Shown here: positions 39,108 to 50,152 of the stretch, piece by piece
Numbering within the stretch: the first letter of the stretch is position 1
How the letters are laid out: the number at the start of each line of letters is the position of its first letter
Source: an uncultured Candidatus Rokubacteria bacterium
Lineage (GTDB): Bacteria > Methylomirabilota > Methylomirabilia > Rokubacteriales > CSP1-6
Assembly: GCA_963754315.1 (NCBI GenBank)
Contig: CAVWFS010000005.1
Span: 128,001-192,000, forward strand
Length of the DNA stretch: 64,000 nucleotides
Direction: 5' to 3'
Made by a program: the position numbers and the translations under genes
The notes under the pieces: model-generated
The model's input: the letters and a program-made list of their open reading frames with translations, nothing else
Databases searched by the model: none
What the model was told of the DNA's origin: nothing

Positions 39108-40820
39108 ATGGATCGCCAACGTTATGGGAAGGTTGCCGTGCTCCGCTACGTTCTGCTCCTGCCTATCCTGCTCCTGGTGGGCGGCTCTGCGGTGGCGGCG
39201 CCGCCGACGCCGGGGAAGCCCAAGGTGGACCGCCTCGTGATGGGGCTCATCACGCCGTACCACGACTATGTGCGCCCCTGGATCAATGGAACGGCTGATC
39301 ACAATATTCAACACGACCCCATGCTCGAGTGGCTCGTGGAGGTCGACGCAGAGACGGGCCAGTACAAACCCTGGTTGGCGGATAGCTGGACGCTGGGTCC
39401 TAATGGCCGGTCCTGGAGGGTGAAGCTGCACAAGGGCGTGCAATTCCATCATGGGTACGGGGAGTTCACGGCGCAGGATGTGGTCCACACCCATGCCCTC
39501 TGGTGCGACCCGAACTACCCTGGCCGGAAAGACCCACCGATCGCCGGCTACCGGGCCGGCATCTGTCAAGTCCAGAAGATCGAGGTGGTCAACCCTCACG
39601 AGATCACCATGCATTGCAAGGTCGTGTGTCTGGACATGCCGTTTTACTACTCGAGCGCGTCGAACGTCATGATCTTCAGCAAGAAGCAGTGGGACGCCGA
39701 AGGCGAGATGGGTTACGACAAGAAGCCGGCCGGGACGGGGCCGTACATCTTCAAAGAGCGAGAGCTGGGGCGGTATGTCCTGTACGAGCGCGCGCCAACC
39801 CCGCACTGGAAGCATGGCGTGGTGGACTGGAAAGAGATCAAGATGACGTGGACCATCGAAGAAGCGACGCGCTTTGCGCAGCTGTTAGCGGGCGAAACGC
39901 ATCTCACCGAAGTCAACAAAGACCTCACCGACGACCTGGTCAAGAAAGGCTACAAGCTCATCCGGAGCCGAGGGACCGCGCAGCAGATGCAGATCAATTT
40001 CGGCGGCCTCTACTTCGGCACCGAGGACAAGGCCACGGGGCGCTACACGGAGTACGGAGGTACCACGGGCAAATTGGACCCGAAGCTCCCCTGGGCGAAC
40101 ATCAAAGTGCGGCAGGCCATGAACAAGGCCATCAACCGGAAAGAGCTCCTCAAGGTGCTGTACAAGGGTCGGGCGAACCCCATGTACGTGCATGGCTTCT
40201 ACCCGGACCTGGAAGGCTGGGACCCCACCTGGGAGAAGCGGTTCCCGGCGATGTATGGCTATGACCCGGCCGCGGCAAAACGGCTGCTCGCGGAGGCGGG
40301 GTATCCCACGGGCTTCAAAGCCAAAGCCTGGCTCTATCCCTTCGCCGGCGCTCCGGAAATGGTCGCGGTGATGGAAGCCGTGGCCAATCAGTTGCGCGAG
40401 GTGGGCATCGAGATAGAGCTGGTAGAGGCCGACTGGGTGGCTGCCGTGCGCCCCAAGTTGCAGAAGCGCGAAGCCAGTGGCTATCTCTGGGCGATTCCCC
40501 CTTCGAAGAAAGCGGTAGAGCCGCAGCTCGCTGTCTTCAACGTCGGCAAGGGGATCGGACATATCTTTCAGACCGATGAGATCTACAAGATGTGGGAAGA
40601 CCTCCTGCAGATCACCGATGGGAAGGCCAGGGACGCACAGCTCCGCAAGATCGGCAACTACAAGTTCGAGAGCTTCGAGACCATCCCTCTCTTCGACGTG
40701 TTCATTGAGGTCATCGTGGATCCCAAGATCATCGCGGACTGGCCCTTTCCTGGCTGGGACGGGGGCGACATCGGCCACACGTGGCGAATCATGGCCTGTA
40801 AACAGGCCAAGCCCTGCTAA
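39108..40820 (+). CDS. ABC transporter substrate-binding protein, family 5
   Basis: Signal peptide, PWLADSW, L.KGVQFH, AGTGPY, KVRQAMNKAINR. Confidence 0.88.
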   Translation: MDRQRYGKVAVLRYVLLLPILLLVGGSAVAAPPTPGKPKVDRLVMGLITPYHDYVRPWINGTADHNIQHDPMLEWLVEVDAETGQYKPWLADSWTLGPNGRSWRVKLHKGVQFHHGYGEFTAQDVVHTHALWCDPNYPGRKDPPIAGYRAGICQVQKIEVVNPHEITMHCKVVCLDMPFYYSSASNVMIFSKKQWDAEGEMGYDKKPAGTGPYIFKERELGRYVLYERAPTPHWKHGVVDWKEIKMTWTIEEATRFAQLLAGETHLTEVNKDLTDDLVKKGYKLIRSRGTAQQMQINFGGLYFGTEDKATGRYTEYGGTTGKLDPKLPWANIKVRQAMNKAINRKELLKVLYKGRANPMYVHGFYPDLEGWDPTWEKRFPAMYGYDPAAAKRLLAEAGYPTGFKAKAWLYPFAGAPEMVAVMEAVANQLREVGIEIELVEADWVAAVRPKLQKREASGYLWAIPPSKKAVEPQLAVFNVGKGIGHIFQTDEIYKMWEDLLQITDGKARDAQLRKIGNYKFESFETIPLFDVFIEVIVDPKIIADWPFPGWDGGDIGHTWRIMACKQAKPC

Positions 40821-40995
40821 GGAGTCGCCGCCGCCCTGCACCCGGACGAAAGGCTCAGCCTGGAAGCGGCCGTGGCGAAGGGCGCGCGTGCCCTAGCGGC
40901 TGAGCGAGCACACCAGGCGCGAGCCGGGCGGCGTTTTGAAGGCGTAAGGCGTCTGAGCGACTGCTCGCAGCGATAACGGCTAGGAGGCACGCGCG

Positions 40996-42366
40996 ATGCG
41001 GACCGCCATCCGCAACACCACCGTCGTCACCGCCGACGCGGGACGCACGATTCATCACGATGCCACCCTGCTCATCGAGAACGATCGCATCGCCGCCATC
41101 GATCCAACGAACCGGACGGCCGATCTGCCCGGCACCGACGTGATCGACGGCCGCGGCAAGGCGGTGTTCCCCGGGCTCTCCAACTGTCACACCCACCTGC
41201 ACCTCACACACTCGCGGGGTATCCAGGAGGATTTCGGCTTCCCCTCCACCTTGCGCTTCCCGACCACGGTCGCCGCCTTCATGAGCAAGGAGGAGTTGGC
41301 CGTGTTCGCGGCGCTCGGCGCCGTCGAGGCCATCCGCTGCGGCACCACCGGACTGATCGAGATCGGCTTCGACGTGCAGGACTACGCCGCCGCCATTGTC
41401 CCCAGCGGGCTCAGGCTTGTGCTGGCGCAGAGCGCCAGCGACGTCGCCGCCGACGCGCTGGCCGCGAGTGGCATGTTCTCGCCCGCGCGCGCCGACACCT
41501 CGCTGCGGCGCGTGGCCGATGTGATCGAGCGCTGGCACGGCGCCGAGAGTGGCCGCATCACCTGTTGCGTGGCCGCGCATGCCCCGGAGGCATGCTCGCC
41601 GGACCTGCTGCGCGCCAGCCGGACGCTGGCCGCGTCGAAGCGCACCCGGTACACGATCCACCTGAACCAGAGCCGCCGCGAGGTGGAGCAGGTCATGCGC
41701 CTACGCGGCGTGCGGCCCACGGAATATCTCTTCCAGAACGACTTCCTCGGGCCTGACTTGATCGCCGCCCACTGTCGCTTCATGGCGCCCTCCGAGGTGG
41801 CGCTGCTCGCGCAGAGCCGCGCCTTCGTCTCCCACAACGCGGCCATGGCCGCGCGGCGTGCAGCGGCGCCACCGATCCAGGCGCTGGCGACGGGAGGGTG
41901 CACCATCGCCATGGGCTCCGACAACATGGCCGAAGACATGGTGGAGGTGATGCGCACGGGCCTCTTCATGGAGCGCGTGATCCGCGAGGACGCCCAGTCG
42001 CCCCAGCCGGAAGACGTGCTGGAGTGGGCGGCGCGCAACGGCGCTCGCGCGCTGGGCCACGCGGACGCGGGCAGCTTGGAGGTCGGGAAGAAGGCCGATC
42101 TCTTCATCGTCGACGCCCGGCGGCCCAATCTGGTGCCCGCGGTCCGAATCGTCTCCGCGTTCATCCACAACGGGCAGGGCGCCGACGTCGAGGCGGTCAT
42201 GGTGGACGGGCGCTGGTTGATGCGCGACGGCAAGGTGCTCACCTTGGACGAGGCGGACATCGTCGCGCGCGCCGAGCAGATTGGACAGCGCGCGTGGCGT
42301 CAGCTCATCGAGAAGCATCCGGACGTGCCCTTCCCCATCCGGCTGCCAACGGCAGGTACCGCATGA
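40996..42366 (+). CDS. Amidohydrolase family (MTA/SAH-deaminase-like)
   Basis: PG..NCHTH, HAP, IHL, AAHC, GSD, GSLEVGKKAD. Confidence 0.88.
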   Translation: MRTAIRNTTVVTADAGRTIHHDATLLIENDRIAAIDPTNRTADLPGTDVIDGRGKAVFPGLSNCHTHLHLTHSRGIQEDFGFPSTLRFPTTVAAFMSKEELAVFAALGAVEAIRCGTTGLIEIGFDVQDYAAAIVPSGLRLVLAQSASDVAADALAASGMFSPARADTSLRRVADVIERWHGAESGRITCCVAAHAPEACSPDLLRASRTLAASKRTRYTIHLNQSRREVEQVMRLRGVRPTEYLFQNDFLGPDLIAAHCRFMAPSEVALLAQSRAFVSHNAAMAARRAAAPPIQALATGGCTIAMGSDNMAEDMVEVMRTGLFMERVIREDAQSPQPEDVLEWAARNGARALGHADAGSLEVGKKADLFIVDARRPNLVPAVRIVSAFIHNGQGADVEAVMVDGRWLMRDGKVLTLDEADIVARAEQIGQRAWRQLIEKHPDVPFPIRLPTAGTA

Positions 42367-42413
42367 CGCCCCTGACCACGGACCTCCGTGGCTGAGGGTG
42401 CACGGAGAAATCC

Positions 42414-44012
42414 ATGACCGATCTCAGCCGCCGCATGTTCCTCGCCGGCACCGCCGCCGCGCTGGCCGCCGCCTCCAGCGCCCCGCCCACATCCGCCCAG
42501 ACGCCCAAGAAGGGCGGCACCTTGCGGTTCATTCCGATCGGCGATCTGAAGATCCTCGACCCGATCTGGACAACGGCCTACATCACACGCGACCACGGTT
42601 ACATGGTGTACGACACCCTGTTCGCGAACGACGCCAACCTCCAGCCCAAGCCGCAGATGGTGGACAAGTACACCGTCAGCCGCGACAAGATGAAGTGGTC
42701 CTTCACCTTGCGCGATGGGCTCCGCTTCCACGATGGCCAGCCGGTGACGGCCGAGGATTGCGTGGTCTCCCTCTCGCGCTGGGGCAAGCGCGATGCGCTC
42801 GGTCGCATGCTGATGGCGGCGACGGCCAAGCTGCAGGCGAGTGACAAGAAGACGTTTGTGCTCGAGCTGAAGTCGCCGTTCGGAATCGTGCTCGAAGCGC
42901 TCGCCAAGCCATCGAGCAACGTGCCGTTCATCATGCCCGCCCGCCTCGCCGCGACGCCGGACACCGAGCAGGTGAAGGAGGCGATCGGATCAGGGCCGTT
43001 CAAGTTCATCAAGGAAGAGTGGCAGCCCGGCCACGAGGTCGTCTACGCGCGCAACGCGGACTACGTGCCGCGGAGCGAGCCGGCCAGCGGTGCCGCCGGT
43101 GGCAAGGTCGTCTACCTCGACCGCGTCCTCTGGCGCTATCAGCCCGACGCGGCGACTGCCGCGGCCGCGATGGAGGCCGGCGAACTGGACTACTGGTGGA
43201 TCCCGACCGCCGACTACGTGGCGCGGCTGGAGAAGAATCAGAACTTCCAGGTCTTCGTGTCCGACCCGGCGGGCGTCCAGGGCTGGCTGCGACCGAACCA
43301 TCTGCACCCGCCGTTCGACAACAAGAAAGCCCGTCAGGCGCTGCTCCACCTGATGGACCAGGAGATGTGGCTGCAGGCCGCCGTCGGCCAGCCCAGGTAC
43401 TACCGGACGTGCCCGTCCTACTTCATGTGCGGGAACATGCCGTACGAAACCAAGGCCGGGGCCCCGGCGCGGCCCGATCTAGAGCGCGCCCGGCAGCTCT
43501 TGAAGGAAGGCGGCTACGACGGTCGGCCGCTGGTCCTGCTCGACCCGACCGACCGGCCCGAGATGCACGGCGCCTGCCTGGTCCTGCGCGAGCAACTGCA
43601 GAAGATCGGCGCCAAGGTCGACCTGGTGTCGCTCGACTGGAGCACCGTCATCGCGCGGCGAGCCGAGAAGAAGCCGCCGGCGGCGGGGGGCTGGAACCTC
43701 ATGCACGCCAACTGGATCTCGGCCGACGTCAACAACCCGGCCGTGAACATCGGCCTCTCGGGCGCCTGCGACAAGGCCTGGTTCGGCTGGTCCTGCAGCG
43801 AGCAGATGGAAAAGCTGCGGAACGACTGGCTCAGCGCGAGCGACGCCTCGGAGCGCAAGAGGATCGCCGAGCAAATCCAGATCCTGGCGTACGACGAGGT
43901 GCCGTATGTGCTGTGGGGCCAGTACCTCGCGCCGTCGCTCTACCGCAAGCAGGTCAAGGGCGTCCTGAACTTCCCGGCCGCAGTCCTCTGGAATGTGTGG
44001 ATCGACGCCTAG
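42414..44012 (+). CDS. Tat-exported ABC substrate-binding protein, family 5
   Basis: SRRMFL leader, LDPIWTTAYIT, FTLRDGLRFHDG, IGSGPFKF. Confidence 0.92.
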   Translation: MTDLSRRMFLAGTAAALAAASSAPPTSAQTPKKGGTLRFIPIGDLKILDPIWTTAYITRDHGYMVYDTLFANDANLQPKPQMVDKYTVSRDKMKWSFTLRDGLRFHDGQPVTAEDCVVSLSRWGKRDALGRMLMAATAKLQASDKKTFVLELKSPFGIVLEALAKPSSNVPFIMPARLAATPDTEQVKEAIGSGPFKFIKEEWQPGHEVVYARNADYVPRSEPASGAAGGKVVYLDRVLWRYQPDAATAAAAMEAGELDYWWIPTADYVARLEKNQNFQVFVSDPAGVQGWLRPNHLHPPFDNKKARQALLHLMDQEMWLQAAVGQPRYYRTCPSYFMCGNMPYETKAGAPARPDLERARQLLKEGGYDGRPLVLLDPTDRPEMHGACLVLREQLQKIGAKVDLVSLDWSTVIARRAEKKPPAAGGWNLMHANWISADVNNPAVNIGLSGACDKAWFGWSCSEQMEKLRNDWLSASDASERKRIAEQIQILAYDEVPYVLWGQYLAPSLYRKQVKGVLNFPAAVLWNVWIDA

Positions 44013-44028
44013 AGCGGAGGGTAGTCCG

Positions 44029-44934
44029 ATCACGAACACCATCGTCCCGGACGTGCTGGGGTTCGTCGGGCTCGGCGTGATGGGCGAGGCGATGTGTCGG
44101 AACCTCGCCCGCAAGTCGGGTGCCCGGGTGGTCGCGTACGACGTGCGGCCAGCGCCGCTCGCCGCACTGGCGTCGGACGGCGTGACGGTCGCCGCGTCGG
44201 CGCGCGAGGTGGCGGCCGCCGCGCAGACGGTCTTCCTGTGCCTGCCTGGCGAACCGCAGGTGCGCGAGGTGTGCCTGGGCGCCGGCGGGCTCGTGGCCGG
44301 GCTGCGCCCGGGCCAGATCCTGGTTGACATGAGCACCGCTCCGGTGGCGCTCGCCCGCGAGCTAGCGCAGGAAGTCAGCGCCCGCGGCGCCGAGTTCCTG
44401 GATGCGCCGGTCGCTCGCACCGCCCAGGCCGCCCGCGACGGCACGCTGTCGATCATGGTGGGGGGCGAATCCGGAGCGTTCGCGCGCGTGCGACCGCTGC
44501 TCGCGTGCATGGGCACCGAGGTCACTCACTGCGGCGCGGCCGGCGCGGGGCAGGCCGTCAAGCTGATGAACAACATGGTCGTCGCCCAGACCGTCGTCGC
44601 GCTTGCTGAAGCGCTGGCCGTGGCGCGGGCGTCGGGGGTGGTCGACCCGAGAGTGCTCTTCGAGACGCTGACCAAGGGCTCGGCGGATAGCTTCGTGCTG
44701 CGCAACCATGGGATGAAATCGCTCCTGCCCGACCGGCATCCGGCCGAAGGCGCGTTTCCCACCAGCTACATCCTCAAGGACCTCAGCTACGCGCTCGAGC
44801 TCGCCGAGTCGTGCGGACTCACCCTGCGCCAGGCGACGACCACGAAGCAACTGATGGAGGAGACGACGGCCGCCGGCTACACCCGTGAGTACTACACCGC
44901 TGTCCTCCGCGTGATCGAGCGGCGGGGATCCTGA
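44029..44934 (+). CDS. 3-hydroxyisobutyrate dehydrogenase / beta-hydroxyacid dehydrogenase family (start uncertain)
   Basis: GFVGLGVMG, DMST, FLDAPV, GAGQAVKLMNN, KDL.YA. Confidence 0.88.
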   Translation: MTNTIVPDVLGFVGLGVMGEAMCRNLARKSGARVVAYDVRPAPLAALASDGVTVAASAREVAAAAQTVFLCLPGEPQVREVCLGAGGLVAGLRPGQILVDMSTAPVALARELAQEVSARGAEFLDAPVARTAQAARDGTLSIMVGGESGAFARVRPLLACMGTEVTHCGAAGAGQAVKLMNNMVVAQTVVALAEALAVARASGVVDPRVLFETLTKGSADSFVLRNHGMKSLLPDRHPAEGAFPTSYILKDLSYALELAESCGLTLRQATTTKQLMEETTAAGYTREYYTAVLRVIERRGS

Positions 44935-44985
44935 CTCACCCCGGTATTTCGTCGCACCTCGAGCAGAGGAGCGGATCACCGTCGC

Positions 44986-45888
44986 TCATCGGCCTTCCGT
45001 ACCACCTTCCCGCTGCCCGCGCAGGAAGTCTTGCACCTCTCGCATCAGCTTTTCGGGATCGACTTCTTCCTCAGAGAGCGGTTGCGGCTCCTGCCCAGCT
45101 TCCGCATCGTATTCCTGTTCCAGTTTCCGCACATGCTCTTGGGTGGCCCGGTCCCGAGCCACCGCCCGATCACATTGAGTGCGGAAGTCTTGGACCGCCT
45201 CGGCGAAGGCGGACATGTCCGGACTCAGGTGGAGCAGGCGGGCCACGCAGGCGACCAGGGCCTGGATCGCTGCGGGATTCTCGGTGTCTTGCAGATAGTG
45301 CGGCGCTTGCCCCATGAAGCCAACGTGCTCTATTCCTCGTCTCTCGGCCGCGTCCAACACGACCGAAGAAATACCGGTCGGGCCCTGGTAGGTCGGAGGA
45401 CGATAGATACCCCAGGCTTCGAGCCGCGCGCGCGAGGCGGCGTCGGTGCAGCGGGCCGTGACACGTACGGGCCGGGTATGAGGAGCGCCAGCCAGGAGCG
45501 CCCCGATCGACACGATCCGTTTCACCCCACTGCGCTCGGCCACATCAAGGAACGCCTTGGTATAGGCGTGCCATCTCAGATGGGGTTCGGGGCCGCAAAA
45601 CAGGAGAAGGCCGTTGCCGCCATCCTCGGGATGCCACGCAAAGAACTCGCTCCGTGGCCAGTGAATGTCGCGGTCCCCATCTGCCCTCAACCGCACCTCG
45701 GGCCGTTCCTGCGTGAACATGAAGAATTCCTCAGGGGCTATCCGGGCCAACCGGGCGGCGGGGAGGTCGCGGACGAGGTGGCGCAAGGCGCCCGTTGCCG
45801 CCCGGCCGGCATCAATCCATCCCCCAAACGCCATGACCAATGTCGTCAAGTTCGCAGGCGGCTCGTGGTCGAACTCCACCCCATCCAT
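44986..45888 (-). CDS. PAC2 family (proteasome assembly chaperone-like) protein
   Basis: AFGGWIDAG.AATGA, PEPHLRW, GALLA..PHTRP, YQGPTGI, PHY, HVRKLEQEYD. Confidence 0.82.
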   Translation of the reverse strand: MDGVEFDHEPPANLTTLVMAFGGWIDAGRAATGALRHLVRDLPAARLARIAPEEFFMFTQERPEVRLRADGDRDIHWPRSEFFAWHPEDGGNGLLLFCGPEPHLRWHAYTKAFLDVAERSGVKRIVSIGALLAGAPHTRPVRVTARCTDAASRARLEAWGIYRPPTYQGPTGISSVVLDAAERRGIEHVGFMGQAPHYLQDTENPAAIQALVACVARLLHLSPDMSAFAEAVQDFRTQCDRAVARDRATQEHVRKLEQEYDAEAGQEPQPLSEEEVDPEKLMREVQDFLRGQREGGTEGR

Positions 45889-45950
45889 GATCATCCTCAT
45901 CCTCTCGGCCGTGGTGAGCGTCACTCATGGCTCACGCTGCGTCCTCAGCC

Positions 45951-46793
45951 TCAAAAGCTCGGCTTGGCGGCAAATGGTGTCAGCTGTAACTCGTGCGTCC
46001 AACAGGACTTGTCTTGGGTGTGCAGGTAGTAGAACGCTTCCGCGATCTTCACGGGATTCATGACGATTTCGGGGTTTTGCTGGGCTCTGGCCAGGGCTCG
46101 GGTGCCGGGCGAGTCGATGAGGCCGTCGATCACAACATTGGCCACATGGACGCCATGCTCGGAATATTCCTCCGTGAGCACCTGGGCCAAGGTGCGCATC
46201 ATGACACGGGGATAGTACAGCGACTGTCCGGTCATGCGTTTGCGGCCGCGCAGGGACGCCGCGTTGTTGGAGATGAGGAAGGAGCCGGCACCACGCCGGC
46301 GCATGGCGGGCAATACTTCTTGCGCGACCAGGAAGGGGCCGCGGCTGGCGATGTGCTGGGCGGTTTCGAAGACATCGATGGGAACGTGTTCCAGCAATTC
46401 CTTCTCTGGCGGCAAATCGCGGCCCTCCAGATAGCCGGCGTTGTAGACCAGCACGTCCGGGTCGCCCGCGCGCGTGCGAATCGTGGCGAACGCCTGGGCG
46501 ATGGACTCGCGTGACACCAGGTCCAGCTCGACAATCGTGCTCGCGCCGCCTTGCTCGACGATGGCCTTCTCCAGCGCCGAGGCATTGGCGGCATGACGGG
46601 TCGTCAGGACGACGAAAAATCCCTCCTGGGCAAACTTCTGGGCGATGGCGCCGCCCACGCCCCAGCGGACCCCGACGGGGAGGTCACTGTCGTCGAGCGC
46701 CTTGCCGTGGGCCAGCTTGGTGTTGCGTCCATCGGCCTGCCACTTGGAGGTTGCTCCAACCACCACGGCGACGTGCCTACGGGCTCCACTCAT
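45951..46793 (-). CDS. Atypical SDR family oxidoreductase
   Basis: GVGGAIA, VLVYNAG, HVANVVIDG.I, WTHELQL. Confidence 0.82.
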   Translation of the reverse strand: MSGARRHVAVVVGATSKWQADGRNTKLAHGKALDDSDLPVGVRWGVGGAIAQKFAQEGFFVVLTTRHAANASALEKAIVEQGGASTIVELDLVSRESIAQAFATIRTRAGDPDVLVYNAGYLEGRDLPPEKELLEHVPIDVFETAQHIASRGPFLVAQEVLPAMRRRGAGSFLISNNAASLRGRKRMTGQSLYYPRVMMRTLAQVLTEEYSEHGVHVANVVIDGLIDSPGTRALARAQQNPEIVMNPVKIAEAFYYLHTQDKSCWTHELQLTPFAAKPSF

Positions 46794-47150
46794 CCGAGAT
46801 TCCTCGCTCGTGAACGTTGACTGCGCGCAGCTCGTGAACCTGGTCAGCATAGAGAAGAGGGCGCCCTTCACAACCCCGCCGCGGGGCGGACATCGGTCAT
46901 GCGCGCTCTGCAACGCGCCAGGTTGTCGACTCTTCGGCTTCATGGCCATAGCTTACACAGTAAGCCAGTGCCGTCCAGCCAGTCGAGACGGCTGGGCATG
47001 CCCTCCTTGGTCGCGATTCGATGCCGCCGGGTCTGAATCCGCCAGGGTGGGGCGGTCCGTAGTTAGAGAGCGAGCCCGGGTGGACGGGCCCACGCGGTGC
47101 CTGAGCCGCGGGGACGCGCAGATCGATACTGCCAAACCAGGAGAAGGATC

Positions 47151-47741
47151 ATGACCGATCGTCACGTAATTCTGGCTGCCGTGGAGCACGAGATAGGACT
47201 CACCCGCCGCGAGATCGCGAAGTTCTCGGCCCTGACCGGGGTCGGGGCTCTCCTCGCCACTGTCGGTCTCCAGATCGGCCAGGCGCGGGCCCAGACCTAT
47301 AGCGCCTCCGAGGGTGACCTGAAGATCCTCAACGTCGCGCTGGGGCTGGAGCATGAGGCCATCGCCGCATACCAGGCGGGCGCCGAGTCGAAGCTACTCG
47401 AGAAGCCCATCCTCGAGGTGGCCGTGCTCTTCCAGAGCCAGCACAAGCAACACCGCGACGCCCTTGCCGCCACCATCCAGCGTGCCGGCGGTAAGCCCGT
47501 CGACCCGAAGAAGATGTCCGACTACGGCTGGCCGAAGCTCGCCTCTCAGCAGGACGTCCTCATGTTCGCGGCCAAGCTCGAGGCGGGGGCAGCGGCCGCC
47601 TACCTCGGGGCATTGAGATCGATCGACAACAAGGACTATCTGACCGCCGCTGCCTCGATCATGGGCAACGAGACCCAGCATCTCGCGCTGCTTCGCCAAG
47701 CCATGAAAGAGAACCCCGTACCTGTCGCCTTCATCGGTTAG
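47151..47741 (+). CDS. Ferritin-like domain protein with Tat-like leader
   Basis: TRRE leader, ILN.AL.LEH.AIAAY, H..H, LEAG, IMGNETQH. Confidence 0.82.
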   Translation: MTDRHVILAAVEHEIGLTRREIAKFSALTGVGALLATVGLQIGQARAQTYSASEGDLKILNVALGLEHEAIAAYQAGAESKLLEKPILEVAVLFQSQHKQHRDALAATIQRAGGKPVDPKKMSDYGWPKLASQQDVLMFAAKLEAGAAAAYLGALRSIDNKDYLTAAASIMGNETQHLALLRQAMKENPVPVAFIG

Positions 47742-47910
47742 CGTGATCCAGGACTCGTGCCGTGCGAGGGCAGCGACGCCCCGCTGCCTTCCCACGGGCT
47801 GGCCGTCGAATCCTTGAAGATGCTGGTCGGTGAGCATACCCTTGATCGATGGCATCGCGCGCGGCGCCAGCGGGAAAGGCTGGCCCGCGTTACTCGAGCT
47901 CCTGAGAACC

Positions 47911-50128
47911 GTGACGCTCGCCGACGACGAGATCAAGCTGCTGGTGCAGGGCGCGCACGACGACGTCTTCCGCGTGCTGGGGCCGCACGCGGTGACGGTG
48001 AACGACGGCATCGGCGTGGTCGTGCGGGTGTTCCTTCCGGACGCCCATGCCGTGCGAGTCCTCCCGCGTGATCCCGGCGCAGGCGCTCGCGCCATGGAGC
48101 GGCTGCACGAGGCCGGGCTGTTCGAGACTGTCTTCGCGGACCGGCGCCCACCATTTGCCTACAGGCTCGAGGTGGACGACGGCCACGGGAGAAGGACGGA
48201 ACTCGAGGACCCGTACCGCTTTCCCTCCACCCTGAGCGACTACGATCGGCATCTGCTGGCGGAGGGCACGCACTACGGGGCCAGCGACAAGCTCGGCGCC
48301 CACCCGACAGTCCTCGAGGGTGTCGCCGGCACCGTGTTCGCCGTGTGGGCCCCGAACGCGCGCCGGGTGAGCGTGGTTGGCGACTTCAATCGGTGGGATG
48401 GACGATGCCACCCGATGCGCCGGCATCCGGCGAACGGCATCTGGGAAATCTTCGTGCCCGGGGTCGGAGACGGCGTTCGCTACAAGTTCGAGATCCTGTC
48501 CCAGTCCGGCCAGCCGCTCGCCCTCAAGGCCGATCCCTTCGCGTTCACCTTCGAGCCGGATACCCCACGCACGGCCTCCGTCGTCGCTTCTCTCGACACA
48601 TACCACTGGGCCGACGCGGCGTGGATGGCCGCCCGCGCGCAGCAGCGCCCGCACGATGGTCCGCTCAGTATCTACGAGGTGCACCTCGGGTCGTGGAGGC
48701 GGGTGCCGGAAGCGCGCGATCGCATGCTGACCTACGCCGAGCTGGCCGACCAGCTCGGCGCCTACGTGCGCGAGATGGGTTACACCCACGTGGAACTGCT
48801 GCCGGTGATGGAACACCCATTCTTCGGCTCCTGGGGTTATCAGGTGATCGGCTACTTCGCGCCGACGCGCCGGTACGGGACGCCGCAGGAGTTCATGGCG
48901 TTTGTCGACCGCCTCCACCAGCAGGGGATCGGCGTCATCCTGGACTGGGTGCCGGCCCACTTCCCCCGCGATCCCCATGGACTCGGCACCTTCGACGGCA
49001 CCCATCTCTACGAGCACGCCGACGTTCGCCTCGGCGCCCACGCCGACTGGGGCACCCTGATCTTCAACTACGGGCGCCACGAGGTCGCCAACTTCCTGCT
49101 CGACAATGCCCTCTTCTGGCTGGACCGTTACCACGCCGACGGTCTCCGCGTGGACGCTGTCGCCTCGATGCTCTACCTCGACTACTCGCGGCCGCCCGGT
49201 CAGTGGATCCCCAACGAGTTCGGCGGGCGCGAGAACCTTGCCGCGTTGGCGTTCTTGCGCCGCCTCAACGAGGTCGCGCACCGAGGCGCGGCCGGGGATC
49301 GTCGTGACCGCGGAGGAATCGACCTCATGGCCGATGGTGTCGCACCCGACGTACCTCGGCGGGCTCGGCTTCGGCTTCAAATGGAACATGGGCTGGATGC
49401 ACGACGTGCTCGCTTACATGCGTCTCGATCCGATCCACCGCAAGTATCGCCACACCCTGCTGACGTTCGGCCTGCTCTACTCGGGGAGCGAGAACTTTGT
49501 CCTCGCCCTCTCGCATGACGAGGTCGTGCACGGCAAGGGGTCGCTGCTCGGCAAGATGCCCGGCGACGAGTGGCAGCAATTCGCTAATCTACGCAGCCTG
49601 TACGGCTTCATGTACGGCCACCCGGGCAAGAAGTTGCTCTTCATGGGCGGAGAGTTCGGTCAGCGGCGGGAGTGGAGCCACGATCGGAGCCTTGACTGGC
49701 ACTTGCTCGACACCGGGCCGTTCCACAAGGGCCTGCAGCGCCTGGTCCGCGATCTCAACGCTCTTCACCGCCGGGAGGTGGCGCTGCATCAGCTCGATTC
49801 TGATCCCGCCGGCTTTCAGTGGATCGACGGCTCAGACTCCGAGCGGAGTATCGTGTCCTTCCTGCGCCGAGGGCGTCACGCCGACGCGCTCGTGATCGTC
49901 GTCTGCAACTTCACGCCCGTGCCCAGGTTCGGTTACCGGGTGGGGGTTCCGCGACTGGGCTTCTACCGTGAAGTCCTGAACACCGACGGGGTCGCATACG
50001 GGGGCAGCAACGTCGGCAATTCGGGTGGCGTCATGGCGGAGGCCATCCCCTGGCAAGGGCAGGCGTGCTCGCTCGTGCTCTCCCTGCCACCACTCGCCGT
50101 GCTCTTCCTCACCCCCGAGGCTGCATAG
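47911..50128 (+). CDS. glgB: 1,4-alpha-glucan branching enzyme (frameshift near 49280)
   Basis: [55 protein letters not shown]. Confidence 0.95.
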
Positions 50129-50152
50129 AGCACTGGCGGTGCGGATGACTCT

